DNA from: Lama guanicoe
Lineage: Eukaryota
DNA length: 64,000 bases
Assembly: GCA_013239625.1 (NCBI GenBank)
Contig: MU054391.1
Coordinates: 808,001-872,000 of the forward strand
Direction of reading: 5' to 3'
Part shown: positions 37,669 to 51,119 of the stretch, piece by piece
How the letters are laid out: the number at the start of each line of letters is the position of its first letter
How positions within the stretch are numbered: position 1 is the first letter of the stretch
Program-made: the position numbers and the translations under genes
The notes under the pieces: generated by a model
Told to the model about the DNA's origin: nothing
What the model saw: only the letters and a program-made list of their open reading frames with translations
The model's database searches: none

Positions 37669-39654
37669 AGCTGATTGTGTGAAGTTATTTTAAATAAGCC
37701 TTCTTTCTAGCACTTGGGAATGAGGACAGTAAATAACGGCATATCCACGTTCCGCGTGTGCTCTGTATGCTGCACGTTCAAGTTCCGCGACTCCCGGGGA
37801 GGGGGCAGGTCAGGTGTCCTGCTGCTGCTTGTGAGATGAGCTGCAGACGGTCTGAGGCACATGGTCAGTGGGGCCCCAGTGTGCCTTCAGGGCTGCTGCT
37901 CTGTATTCCCGTTACGTTTAAGGTGACCGAGGAGGAACAGGCGGTGCCGACTCCTCCAGGCGTAACAGAGCTGTGGAACTTAACAACCTACAAGTGGGAC
38001 ACGAACCGAAACCACCATCAGCTTGATCACAGGTCGCACAAGCTCACAGACGCCGGGCCACGTCCGGAGGCGAGAGCCACCTCATCTCGCTGACATCGCC
38101 CCTGCTATCCCCGGGAGATCGGTGCCATCGCTGAGTGTGGGCTTGGACCCCGTGCTCTGCAACAGGGGCTCCCGGCGTAGGGGCGGGGACAGCGTGTGCC
38201 CCGGGCCCGGCTCCTCACTGTCGGGAGGACACCCAGAGGGGACAACACCGCCCTGGGAGCGGTCGCTGTGTTATTCTCAGGGGCCTCTTTATAACGCACC
38301 CGGTATCTTGTCCTGAGAGGCCCCCGGCTTCCTTCCCATTAGTGTGTGAAGGCCTCGAACCTTCTGGCGCCTCCGGCAGCACTCCGTGCTGGGGGGCTCT
38401 GGCCTCTGCTCCGCGTGGACAGTGAGTACAGGGGGACCTCCCACAGGGAGAGAAAGAAACCGGGGTCTGCGGCTCCCCGGGCACTCGCCGGGCGGATGGC
38501 GTTTCTGAAAAGCCTCTTTCCCGAAATTCTTGATAACGTGTTAGGCTCTTCCTTTCAAAACTGTTGCAGTTGAAAAGAAAGAAAGGAAGAAAACAGCCGA
38601 AGCACAGAGCGGACGGCACTGTCTTTAGGGAATATTGTTGGGCTGACGGTTCTCCCCAGAAACAGGCACATTTTCCAGAAAGTTTTGGGGCTGCAGCCCC
38701 TTCGAGGTGGGGCTTTCTCTCGACTGCCCCCAGAACTCACCGCAGGAGCTGTTCTGGAGAATTCCTCCCGGGCCCCCTGACTTTGCTGTGCGTCTTTAGG
38801 GCGGGGACCAGGGCTGCAGAGCTCCGCACCCCAGAGCAGAGCCATGGAGACACAGGGCACGTGCCGAGCAGAACCTCCTAGATGTTACAGCGAAGCACCG
38901 GCGAGCCAAACTAGCAGACACATCTCTGCCCAGCACCTCCCTGCCCACGGCCAGAGCCAGGCACAGGGCTGGCAGGTGGCGGTGAGGACGGGGCCGCCGG
39001 GGGTTGCGCCCAAGCCGGGCTTCAGTTTGGGGCTGATGAGTTCTCAGGAACCCACACCACTTCTTCAGTTTAACACAGTATGTAGTAAAGAAGTGATTTT
39101 AAGTGAAAACTCAGTTTTAGATTGGCGCCTTCTAAGCGCTTGCATTGTAAGACTCATTTAAACTTTATTAACACGCATGATGTAAGAAGACTGATTTTGA
39201 CTTTCCACATTTAACAAGAGTGCATATTGTTTAGTTTTTAGATTAGTTATGCAGTGAATAAAAAGCACTGTTTGTCCCCAGTTCAAGAATGATTGATTCC
39301 TTCATGTTTGGTTTTGAGACTGATTACATATTGAGGAAGACTGAAATTGAGTAATACATCTTGTCATGAAACATAAAGATAAACGATCTTCTGTTTGAAA
39401 TGGCTGCATTTAGGGCCAAAGTGCAAAGTGCAAAGAGTCTTTGCTTCGTCCCTCCCCCTCCCTCCTTTCTTTTGCTCTTTTTAAAATGTGTTTCCAAATG
39501 ATGAGGTGCGAGAGAGTACGCCAGCCTGACGCTCGTAAGTCCTTCGTGTGTAATGTTACAAGCAGGTGTCTTTAGTCTCCTTATACGTGTGACGGAGGTA
39601 AAAACCTACTTTGGTATAATTTTCCCTCCATGTTGTTTTTCCTTTTAACATTTT

Positions 39655-39824
39655 ATTATTTAAAAAATATTTATTTGCTATTGTATTATTTAATTATTTT
39701 ATTTTGTCGGGTAGGGGGAGGTAATGAGGTTTATTTCTCTTTAGAGGAGGGACTGGGGTTGGAACCAGGACCTCGTGCCTGCTAAGCATGCGCTCTGCTC
39801 TACCACTGGAGCCGTACCCTCCCC
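39655..39824 (-). mobile_element. Camelid tRNA-derived SINE (vic-1-like) with candidate target-site duplication
   Basis: Reverse complement starts ggggagggtacggctccagtggtagagcagagcgcatgcttagcaggcacgaggtcctggttccaaccccagt. Flanked by tccttttaacatttt (39640-39654) and tcctttcaacatttt (39827-39841). Confidence 0.9.
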
Positions 39825-42159
39825 GCTCCTTTCAACATTTTTAAAAGAATATCAGACAGACTGTGAGGGCAACACGAGAACTCTGGCCCTGCTCATGTGG
39901 CCTGTGGAGCCGGCCCAGACCGTGTTGAGGCCAGTCTGCTCTTTGCTAATTTGCATTTTGTTATCAGTGTTCCTTGCACTTCTTGTTTTTACTAACGGCT
40001 CACTGTGGACCTATGGCTTAAACAGTACATGGCTGCACATTAAAGGAGCGTCAGCCAGGCAGCCTGGCCCCCCGGCCCCCCCAGCCCCGTGGCTGCAGGA
40101 AGAAGGTGGCAGGCGGCTCTGAATACCCCTGGGGACCCCCAGGGATCCCCGAACCTCCAGCAAAGCAGAGCCCATTTGAAGCCCCACAGAACACTTCTGT
40201 TGGCAACCTAGAGTATCTTTGTTTGACCAGTTTTAAATATAGACATTGAAACAGCTGTGGCTGTGTTCAGGGCTTTGCTAATGCGGACCCCCTGCGACCT
40301 TGAAAACCCCTGGGAATCCGTCAGCTATTGTGGGAACACGCTGTTATCAAGGGGTGAGCGTTTGTCAGTCCCCAAATGTGCTGTCGGCAGAGGGGAGCGG
40401 GGAGGAGGGAGGTGGGAGCTCGCCCACGCTCCCATCCAGGGAGGGCCGGGAAAACGCCTTCTGTTCACATCTGGGCTCCGGGAAGCACCTCCCCGATTCC
40501 AGAACCTGAGAGCCTCCAGCCTCCGACTGCAGACTCCAGACCGTTCGCGGGCTGGCGGCTGCAGGTACCAGCCCTCTCGGTGACGAACAGGAAGCAGAGA
40601 CTAGACTTAAAGAAACGTAGTATGTGCTCTCACCAAAGTTACACAGACACACAGTTGAAGGGTCAGGTATGTGGCTTGTCGGGAAAACTGTTCCCCAAAT
40701 ACCGCCCCCATCCTGTTTCTAGTTCCCCGGAGGAAAAGGATTTTAGCCTCTTTAGCCGTGTCTTCTGACATTTACCTCAACAAACAGCCCGGCCTCCCCT
40801 AGTGCACGCTTCCCGCGGGGACACCGCGCCGTCACCCCCGCACCGGGGAGGACTGCACGATGCTCCCTGACAGCGCACACCGTGCCCTGCGGCCTCGCAC
40901 GCTCCCTGCCCCCAGTGCAGGCATGTGGGACTTTGTGTTAGATGAGCGTTTCCTTGTGGTAACTATGACAGCGCTGTGGACGGGGGGACCGCCGTCTTGC
41001 CCTCCTCCCCGCAGCCGGCAGCTGGGCTGAGGCCCCTGTATGCTGGCCTGTGTGCTTCTCATGAATTTAGCCCCAAACTCTCCCAACCAAGAAGTCTCCT
41101 CTTACTGCAGCAGACACACTGGGTGTCAGCCTGGGCTCTGGACGAGGTCTCTGCAGAGCGCCGGTCCATGTGCCCCCGTCCCATACGGGCCACGCCAGGT
41201 CCCCTGAAGGCGTCAGCCGGCTCCTTGTCCACTGCCCTAGCTGTGTGGTCCTCCGTCTCCTGCTGATGCACCGTGCCTTCCTCTTCCTTGGATGGAGGCA
41301 TCGTCCATGGCTTCCTAGAGACAGCTTCTTGGGGGCTCTTACTATTTCCATGATACTCGTCTGAGTGAAAAAGTCTAGCTGGGAGTCACTGCCCCTCACA
41401 GGTTGGGAGGTTTCACTCCACTGTCTCCTGCCTCCTGAGGATTCTTCGTCAAGCCCTCACCCCCAGACGCGCAGGCCCGGGAAGACAGGGCTCTCCCAGC
41501 GCGTCTGGATGTCCCCCCACGGGCGGGAGCAGGGTCTGTTTCCAGGGTGGCGCTGGGCGCCCGCAGAGCTTCCGGAACCCTCTCTTCTCCTCCTTCCCCG
41601 GGTCTCTTCCTCCGCCGGCTCTTCCAGGGACCGCTGCTGTTCCCCGCGCGGCCTCTGGGCCTCTCTCGTCCAGTTTCCACCTCCCCGTCCTTTTGTCCTG
41701 ATCCAGTTTGCTCTGCTGTACCTTCTCGCCCTCCTAGGGACACGTTTTAAAGTTTAAATCCCAACACCCACCCTCTACCGTTCAAAGTGCGCTCGTGTTA
41801 TCTGAATCCTCTTCTCTCCCTTCTGCTTAAAACAGCACTTGTTCTTGTCTGGTGAACGCAGCAGCGGCCCCGTCACCTGGGGACGTTCGTGGCAGGTTCC
41901 TTTTCCTTCTGGTACAGCTCCTGTTCCTTCCAATTCGAGTTTATCCCTTTTCCATTTTGTTTGCTTGCTTGTGTTGGTCTCTTTCACACTAGAGGACATT
42001 CTCAGACCTCTGGGGATGCTCGGCGGTTGCTCAGACTCCCGGGGGCGGCATCAGGAAGTCCCTCGGAAGCCCCGCTCCCGCGGCGGCGCGTCCAGCCCTC
42101 GGGCTGCCGTGCTGGGCGCTGGCTGGGCTCCTCCCGGGGCGGTGGCCGGGCGTGGCGGG

Positions 42160-42330
42160 TGAGAAGTGGCCTCTGCAGCCAGACAGGGTGGGCTTGGATT
42201 CCAACCTCTACACTCGTTGCCTGGGTGTTCCGGCAAGTTACTGAATCTTTTCTCTGCATCAGTTTCCTCATTTGTAAAGTGGTTACGCGGGTGAGTTTAT
42301 AAAGATGTTTATGGAAGCGCGGTGCCATTG
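42160..42330 (+). mobile_element. MIR SINE
   Basis: ctctgcagccagacag...ggattccaacctctacact...ggcaagttactgaatc...tcagtttcctcatttgtaaagtgg. Confidence 0.8.
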
Positions 42331-45300
42331 TGCCTGATACGCAGAGAGAAGTGTTTCCAGGGTAAGTCAGCTGATGAACCATCACGGGGAAAACACTGCT
42401 CTGTCACCCGGAGGGGCACCCGGGAGGCGGGTAGGGGAGGATCCTGGGTCTGCTCTTCCTCACCCCTGCTGTCCGCACCTGCTCCGCCCGGTCTGTCCGC
42501 CCCCAAGAGACTCTCTGCTTTCCCCCCCAAGAGTAAACCTGGAGTTTTCGGCTGGAAAGAAGGGAGATCTGGGGTCTAAGTGGCTTTTAACCTTTCAACC
42601 AATTCTCCAGTTTTCAGTCCAGGTCACCTCCCCTCCCGGGGGCCTGACCCTGCCCATCCTGGGACCGTGAGGGTGCCGAGCATGAATCTCGGCGGCCGGT
42701 TCCCTCCGTCCGCCCACCTCCCTGGGCTGCGCTGCGTCACGTGGTCACCTCTGCCTCCGGCTCTCAGGCGGTGCTGCCCACGTCCCCTCTCCGTCCTTCT
42801 TCCTTTTCTAAATAGGTGTTACTCTCCTGTCATTTCCGTGGGTTCCGGGAGGGAGCAGAAGCTAACGTGCCTGAATTTGCCGTTTCTAACTGAACACCTA
42901 CCACCCTCTCTGTGCAGAACCGCGCTCAGAGGACAGAGGCAGCAGTGTCCTCCCCTCTAGCGCCCTCTTCCTGCGCCTCTCCGGTCGCTTCCTGGTTTCC
43001 CTCATGCATCTGCCTTGGGTGTGGTTCCTCTCCTTCCCCTCCCGCCCCGCCCGGGGCTGTTCTCACAGGACCGAACAGGAGCTTCCTCAGGGGAAGCTGG
43101 GGCTTGGATCTGTAGCTTTGGAAAGTAATGCAACAAGAACAGCTCGGCAACAGTTAAGCAGCTGCGAGGTGCAGAGCTGGGAGGCACAGCGCGAGCCTGG
43201 CCTCCCTCGCAGCCCCCCGGGCCCCTGCCTCCTGGGCTCTTCTGCGGTTCCCTGGACTTTGGTGCCCAAACCGTCTCTGTCCTGACCTGACACATTGTAA
43301 CTGCTTTTCTGACTCCCGAGACGAAGCTCCAAGCCACTCCCTGCCTCTGCATCCTGAAGAAAGGTTTTGGGAGATTTTTTTTTTCCTATTTCCATAATAC
43401 TTGTCTGAGCAAAGCATCTAGCTGGGAATAATTCTCCCGCAGAGGTTGGGAGGTTTTACTCCGCTGTCTTCTATCCCTTGAAGATTCTTCGGAGAACGTC
43501 CCCCAGACGCCCCCCGTCTGCAGGGCTTCAGCAGGCGTTTAGAAGTGACACCCGAGTGTCCCCGACTCTGTTCAGTGCTGGCTTCAGAGAAAGTACAGAT
43601 GACGTCAGTCTTGATGCTCGCCGGTATTTAACTTCCAGGCGTGCTGTCCTTGCGCCTGGTCGCCTCCTGGGGACCCCCCACACCACAGCCTGGATGGAGA
43701 CGCGCATCCTGTGGGAGGTGACGATTGCTCCCACTCTGCATTTCTGGGAGCCCGTCAGGGAGAAGCAAAGTGTGGCGAAAGGCTGGGACTGGAAGGAGTC
43801 TGAGGCTTGTGCTTGGAGTCAGACAGAGAAGGCTGCCTTCTGCCAGTGCTGAGGACCCCGCGCAGGTGAGGGTGTCCCCGGAGCCCGGCGCCTTGGTCCC
43901 CTGGGGGTCTGATGAAGTCAGTGACAGCAGAGGACACGTCCCCAGCACAGTGAGCACCTCGGGGGCACTGATCTGGGGAGCATGAATTCCGAATGGGAAT
44001 TTGGGACAGGGATGGCACAGGCTTGCAGAATAACGTATCAGAAATGAATTTTTTCCCCAGAAATTTGAATTCGGGTGTGTGAGGAAAAGAAAGCATTCTG
44101 ATTTTAGCATAGGGACCAGGAGACAAGGGCCTTTTTCTCCGGCAGCTCACTGAGCTGAACTCTCCAGACCACCATCTCCCCACCATGAATTGAGGCCCGA
44201 TGTGTTTCCCAGTTTATGAGGAAACCTGAGGCCTGTTTGAGGAGCCGAGTGGGGGCCTCTCCCAGGGCTCTCTGGGGCCGCCTGTGTAAGATCCGGGCTC
44301 CGATGCCGCTGCTGAATGGCCCTGTTACTCAGGCAGAGCTGGGGGTGTGCCGGGTGGGGGCCGACCTTTAAATCCCTGTGGGTGATGGCAAGGAACCCTC
44401 AGCTGCAAAGGGGACGAGAGGCGGGGGTGGGGGGTGCTCGGTCGGCTCCCAAGTCCCATCCTTCATTCCTTCACCAGACCCTCCTGGTCACCTCACCCTT
44501 AGGAGTGTCGCCACGGGGGGCGTGTTCCCTTCTTGGTGGCGGGCGAACTGTCTGGCGTTACTCAGCTTCCTGGTTTATACTTAGCTAATGTTTCAGGACG
44601 TAGATCTCATATATGTATTTATTACTGTGATAATGACTCCTCACATCACCTCCAGCTGAGTTTTATTTCATTTTCAGAAAAACCTTCCATGTATGTATCT
44701 ACTGCATAACCATGGCCACTGTTGGTGCCAATTTCTTAGGTGGGACCAGCTGCGTGGAAACTCAGCTTTAACTTTTTTAGTTAAAGCGCATGACATCCTT
44801 TTATGCATTTTGATAATAAGTATATTATTATAAAAAAGCAGCGGGGAGAGAGCGCTGCTGTCGCGGCTGCGGGAGGGCGGGACGTGTTCTAGCAGAAGCG
44901 CGTGCTGGACTGTGGATCGCCATCTCTGTTCCACCAGAATAACCTCTTAAAATCCTGAAAGCAAACGTAACCTCAGCTCTCAATAACCATGAACCTTTTT
45001 AAGGAAAATCACTGGCCATGTTACAGAACACACCAGACACCTGATAGAGCTCAGGTAGATGGAGATACAGCTATTTCTTTCGTAGTAAAATAGACACATT
45101 TCAGAGAAGCTTGTTGAAAAGTAAATGTTTTCAGTTGGAGAATTTCCCCCATTGTCTTTCACTACAAAAACATCAGAGGATTCTAGATGAAAATATTTGG
45201 CGGTGGGCAGTCATAAAATCAAAATTAGTAAAGAAACAGACTTCTCAAAACTCATCAAATTGCCGTAACAGCTACGACATTCAAATACATGATGAACAAG

Positions 45301-46407
45301 AAATGCGTATGATCCTCAAAATTCAGAGCTACACGTGTGCCGAGTCAGAGAGACATTCAGGGCAAACCTCCACAGCCCCCGCCCCCTGTCTGCGGTAACC
45401 CTTTCAGGGAGTCCGTCCCTCCTAGAGAACTGCCGTTTGGTTGGTCACCTGCCTCAACCTGCCTGGCACTGAAAAGCTATTCATGCTGGGTGTCCCTCCA
45501 GGCTGGCCTGGGTTCCAGTCACCGTCCCCCAGCTTGAATTTTCTGAGCCCCGTAATCGTGCACGGGTCCTGCACTAGCCCTTAGGGGAGGGCTCACCAGA
45601 GCGCAACGTCTTGTTTCCTCTCAGTGAGCTGACATCCGCGAGGCAAGCTCCCTGCTCCACTCCATTCCAGCAAGAGGCTGTATTCATTTACCTAATTGCA
45701 TCAGTCGGCACTGGTTTTTAATGAACTTATAAAAATGCTGCTTCTTTCAGACCTTAAGAATTTGCCAAGGTTTATCAAACTGACTCTTTTGCACACCTGC
45801 ACACATACAAATCTAGAGCCCCAGCTGGACGTTACAACAGCGGGAAGGTTTTAGGCTCAAAAGACCTGCAAGAGAACGCAGGTTCTTATGTTTCAAGGGA
45901 ACACTCTATTCCTTTGCAAAACAAGTGCTTCCTCTGCTTCCTTGCCTCATGTTTTTTTCAAACCAATCTCTTCTGTAAATTCATCCCCTTTCCATTAAAG
46001 TCACCAGTTTAAGTTCTGCTCACTTAAGGAAGCCCAGCTCAAAGCCACTTTCCCTCAAAGACCTTCTTTCAGTTCCCCCAAATGTAACCTATAGTTTTTA
46101 AATCCCAAAACACTTTTAAACTTTCCCCCTAACACCAGAATTACACCTCGTACCAGGGCTCGATCGACATCCTGTTTCTCTTGTTAAGCTGGTACTTGTG
46201 GTCAAAGTTGGTGCAGAGTAATAGAGATGTTGATGATGACAGAAGGCCACACACGAAGTCCCAGGCACGTTCTAGGTAATTTATAAAGCAACTCAGGCCA
46301 GCCTCGGCCCCCGAGGCAGGGGCTGCTGGAACCTCACCCCACAGGGCAGACCCCGAAGGGGGCTCTGCCGTTCACCTGCTGCGTGCCCGCAGCCGCAGGA
46401 CACCACC

Positions 46408-46490
46408 TCTCTGAATCTCAGCTTCCTCATTGTCAAAACAGTTGTCCGTAAACAGTCTCTACCTTTACTGTGAATGTAAACAATGCTTAG
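46408..46490 (+). mobile_element. MIR core fragment
   Basis: ctctctgaatctcagcttcctcattgtcaaaac. Confidence 0.55.
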
Positions 46491-47219
46491 TTCCCATTTT
46501 TACCAAAATGCTGAACTAGAAAGACCACTGTGTCTACAGCAGGACCAAGTCCAGGAGGACACAGGGACGTCAGCAAGAAATGCAGTCAGCTGGGGAGGGG
46601 GGATCCAGAAATGGCCGGTGTGGGTGGTCTGGCCTAGGGTCGGGGGCAGCCCTCCCAGCCGAGGGAGGAGGAAGCAGAGAAGGAGCCACTGGAGACCTGG
46701 TCTCGCCCCCAGCGCCACCGGCCTCAGGAGAAGCAGCAGACGCACATGCAGAGCTCAGCGAGGCGCCGCGTGTGCACCGAGCTGCTCTCGGGAGTCTGGT
46801 TCAGACGCGTGTTTATATCCGCGTGAGAGAACGTAAAGTGGCCGACAAATGTCACGAGAGCTGCGCCACGCGTCCCCAGGGAACACAGTAACGCTGAAGA
46901 GACAGTCACAGAGCTCTGCACTGATGGAGAGACGAGCCGCGCTGCGACCGCGACGATGTCAGGACCCCTCGGAGCGAGGGGTCGCGCAGTTCCCACCAAC
47001 ACGCCAAGTGGGGTTTGTAAGAAACTCGAAGCTTTTATACAGGACAGTAATGGGTCAAGGATATCCGAGACCCTTGTGTAGAAGAGAAGCAGGGAGGGGA
47101 AGACTGCTAGCCCCCCTCAGGACGAGCCCTGAGCTGTGGCGCCTCAGCCTGTGCGGCGTGGATGGGGGTTTGGCAAATCACCCCACGAAACAGGACAGAG
47201 CTGCAAACAGGCCGGTGCA

Positions 47220-47830
47220 CGTCATGTGGTGGGACGTTGGAACAGAGACGTCTTGCCAGAGGAGGAAGGAGGAACACGCACCAATGAATAGAACCAACCA
47301 AGAAAATGATTATCCAGGGGCTGAATTTGGAGCTTTACGTCTTAGACAAAGCAAATTCAAGGTGGATTGAAGAGTTAAATATTAAAAACAAAACCTTAAA
47401 ACTCTTCCTGAGAAATACAAACGACTATATCCTTAGATCTTGAGTAAGAAAGAAGTTAAGCAAGACGTCAAAAGCATCGACAACAAAAGAAGAGATGGAT
47501 GAATGCGACAATATGAAATTAAGACCCTGTTATCAGAAGACACCTTGACGAAAGTGGGAAGTCAGATCACAACCTCAGGGAAGATGCTGTGTCCTTGATT
47601 TGCACAAAGAGCATACAGAACTAAAACTAAGAGCAGCACACTGAGCGCACTGAGAGACTGCCAGCCAACGTTAATAAGCGTCTTGCCAAAGAGGAAATGC
47701 GTTCGTCGTGAACACACGCAAGGCTGTTAGCTATTTATCAAAGATACGCAGAGATGAGACACAATTCTTCCACCACCCGACGGCGGGTTTTCGAAAGCCT
47801 GGCAAAGCCAAGGGTTGGAAAGACGACAGC
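47220..47830 (+). mobile_element. Ancient L1 ORF2 remnant (L1ME-like)
   Basis: aaattcaaggtggattgaagagttaaatattaaaaacaaaaccttaaaactctt...aaaagaagagatggatgaatgcgacaatatgaaattaag. Confidence 0.75.
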
Positions 47831-49769
47831 CAACAGCTTCTTAGAGGCTTAACTTTGTATCCAGAGACGAGCATCAGAGGACGCTGAAACCTGAACGGGT
47901 CTCAGAGTCACCTGGCCCAGCGAACCTCGCACCGTGATCTCTGACGCCCCAGTGGCTTGGAGGGGAGATTTCAGGAGCCACCACACGGAGAAGGGGTGGT
48001 GAGTGCGGGTCCCGTGAGGACCCCACTCCTGCCTGCAGAGCAAGAGCTTCCCCTGTTAGAAAGGGGAGTCCCCCAGCTAAAACACCTGAGCACTCATCTG
48101 TGAAAACATACGCCCTGCAGAGATGAGCAGACCGAAGCCGGCACCGGGCCCAAGTCACAGAGCGGGTCAGCACAGCAGGGCGGCGACCCGCCACCAGCCT
48201 CCGGACACCCTATCTCCACACAGTCCACTCCTGTGCTTCCAGGGGGGTGTTCACTGAAAGAAAGAAACAGCCTTTCTTGGAGGTTTCCATAGTGACAAAA
48301 TCCTGAAGTGTGAGCACTGTGTTTTCAACAAACATAAATTTAATGCATTCCTTGCTCTATAAATAAACATATTCCAGGACAGTTTACCTTAAAGTAAATG
48401 CCTGAAAGGTAACAGTATTTCCTGTCATCTAAAACACTACAAAATCATAAAAATAACCTGAAGATGAAAATTATATTCTCATCTTCAAACATATTTGGTT
48501 AAAAGGAACACACATTTTGGGTTAAAGCAGGAATGCCAACGGACACAACACTCGGCCAAACAGTAACTCAGAGCACGATCACGTCCATGTTTGACAAGTT
48601 GCTGATCAAGTGCAGACACTCCTGAGGGGACCCAGCTGACTCAGAAGCCGGAGAGCCCCTCTTCCACCTCCACCTGTCCTGACACAGGACACGCAGCAAC
48701 GGGCGGCTCCGTCACGTCTGGCTGCTGGGACCTCTCCTCCCAGACGCAACCCCCGCTGGTTTCGTGGAAGAAAGTCGTCATCTCGAGCAGACAGTAAGAG
48801 GGGAAGGCGGAAATGAGACGCCAGTGGGAAACTGGAGAAGAACCGCATTTATCAAGAAAACGGGCTCAGCCAGAGGATGTTTCTAATTCTCAGACAAGTT
48901 TCAGGTGGTGATTTCCAATCAGTTCTCCGGTCTACAAATCCACTAAAAGGATGTGTTAATAAAGTTGCCTATAAAGTCAGAGCTCCAAGTATTTTGCCTC
49001 CCAAACAAAGGGTGGCTTGTAAGAAAACAAAACCAAAAACAAAAAACAAATAAAAAAATTCAATAAATATATAGCCTTAAGAAAAAAAGGCCAGATCCCT
49101 GGACACAGGGCGGATGAGACCCCTAGGGCTCTGTGACTCGGTCAGCTTGGGTGAGCAGGGGGGAGCCCAGCGCATTCTGAGGATGCTCTCGGGAGCCCCC
49201 AGGGCTCAAGGGCTGGGCGCTCACCAGGCAGAAGCTCCAGCCGATGTCAGAGCCGACAGGGTGCCCTGTAGGAAGGTGCCTGACTTTGATGCTTGTCTGA
49301 AAGCTCTTGGTTTTTGTCTTCCCTCCTCGTTTCATTTCCTTGTGGGAAGAAGATATTCCTAAAATGCTGCCACACGGGCCGAACACACCACATCTCAGAG
49401 ATTACGGCTGGCCTTTTATGGTCAAACACTGAGACTGTTTTTCGTTTTGGAGACAAGTACCTGTGTTCTTTTTCCCTTTTCTGATGTGTGTGTGTGAGAC
49501 AGAAAGGAAGACAGAGACAGAGAGAATGAGAGAGCCGTAGTCGCTGACTATCACCACCCGCCTTGTGGTTCGGAGGAAAAGGCCTCCCTTCAGATTTAAA
49601 GCCCCTCTTATCCGCCCTGCTGGTCCGTCTCTGTGTCTTTCAAGAGAAGCAAGAAAAGCTAATTTGAGTGAGAGATACCGGCCTTAATAGTAAGTTCATC
49701 CTTCTTTACTAGTCCCAGAAAGAAAGTTCACAGTTCCCTTCACAGGGATCCATCTGTCCTTTTCTCATC

Positions 49770-49960
49770 AGTTTGTCCACCCATCCATCCACCCACCCAC
49801 CACCCCACCCATTTCTCTGTCCAACCTTTTCTGGTTTCGCCTCCCACCCCTGTGTGCGGAGGGACAGGTACCAGGGCTCAGCATCCAAGTCCAGTCCTGC
49901 CCCCCAGGGAGCTCACAGCCTGGTTGGGAATTAAGCGCCTGAAGTGATGAGAGGACACTG
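49770..49960 (-). mobile_element. L2 3' end with (CCAC/CCAT)n tail
   Basis: ccatccatccacccacccaccacc...cagtcctgcccccagggagctcacagcctggttggg. Confidence 0.55.
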
Positions 49961-51119
49961 AGGGAGTTCTGAGAGAAGTCTGGCTGGATATGGAAGGACT
50001 GTACTTTTCTTGCAGTCTCTTTCTGGGATTTGATGTAGATTCAATTCAGTTTACCCTGGGGAGCAAGATAAAGAACTGAGACTGTGTTGGCACCACACGT
50101 GCATTCACGTCTGCTCGTGTGGGTCAAATCTGAAGCACCACTCACAAATCTAAGACGTCAAGGTGTCAAACGGCAGTTATGACAATTTATCAGCTTGCAA
50201 TTAAGTAAGAAATCAATGATGCAAATGTTGATTTTAAGAAAAAGACAAAGATGACGTGAGTGGACTGAGCCCGGGGTGTCTCGGGTCCTCCCTCACGGCT
50301 GTGTTTTGGGTGTCCCAGGAAAAGTCATTTGACACCTATTTGAATATCCATGCGGTAAATGTCTACAATTATACTTAACCTGCATTCCTAATGAATTATT
50401 TTGAAGATCAGAATGAGGCAGAAATGATAAAAGAAGCTTTAGAAAGTATGAAATGGCCCCGATACAAATGGAGGGACGATTAACACCAGCAGTGGAGCAG
50501 TCACAACGCCAGTGGGAAAAGGAGACGCGGCTAAAGCGTGAAAAAAGAGCAGAGCGGTGCTTCAGAATGCAACGCACAGATAAACCCTGATCCTCTGGTG
50601 GCGTTCTGATTTATGCCGCGCAAATAAAAATGTTAATATGCAGTAAAACCTCACAAATCCTGGCTAATTGGGGGAAAGCCAATTTGAATGTCTGAACGGT
50701 TTTAAAGGGAATGTAGTTCTGACTTTAAAATGCATATAGTAATAGGAGCCACTGGTTAATAGAACTGTGCCGCGGGTCTCCATCCACAGCTAGATCAGGA
50801 TAATGTTTAGCCATCAGGAGGCGTTCCTTCAGCCAAGTATCCACTGAAAGTTCCTGTGCGTTATCAGCTCAGAGACAAGGAACGGAGCCCGTCCTCAGCG
50901 AGCGTGCGGTCCAGTGTGCACTGCTGGCAACCAAACAGGTCACCAGCACACGAAACCACAGCGTTGCGGCCCAGGAGCACAGGCCGCTGGGGCACAGGCT
51001 GCAAGGACAGGCTCCTCAGCTCAGGGGTGGGGGCGCTTCCCACAGAAGGCAGCCCCGGAATAAACCAGCACGGCGGCGGGGCGGGCGCGCGGCTGCCGTC
51101 CTGACGCAAGTCAGACTGA

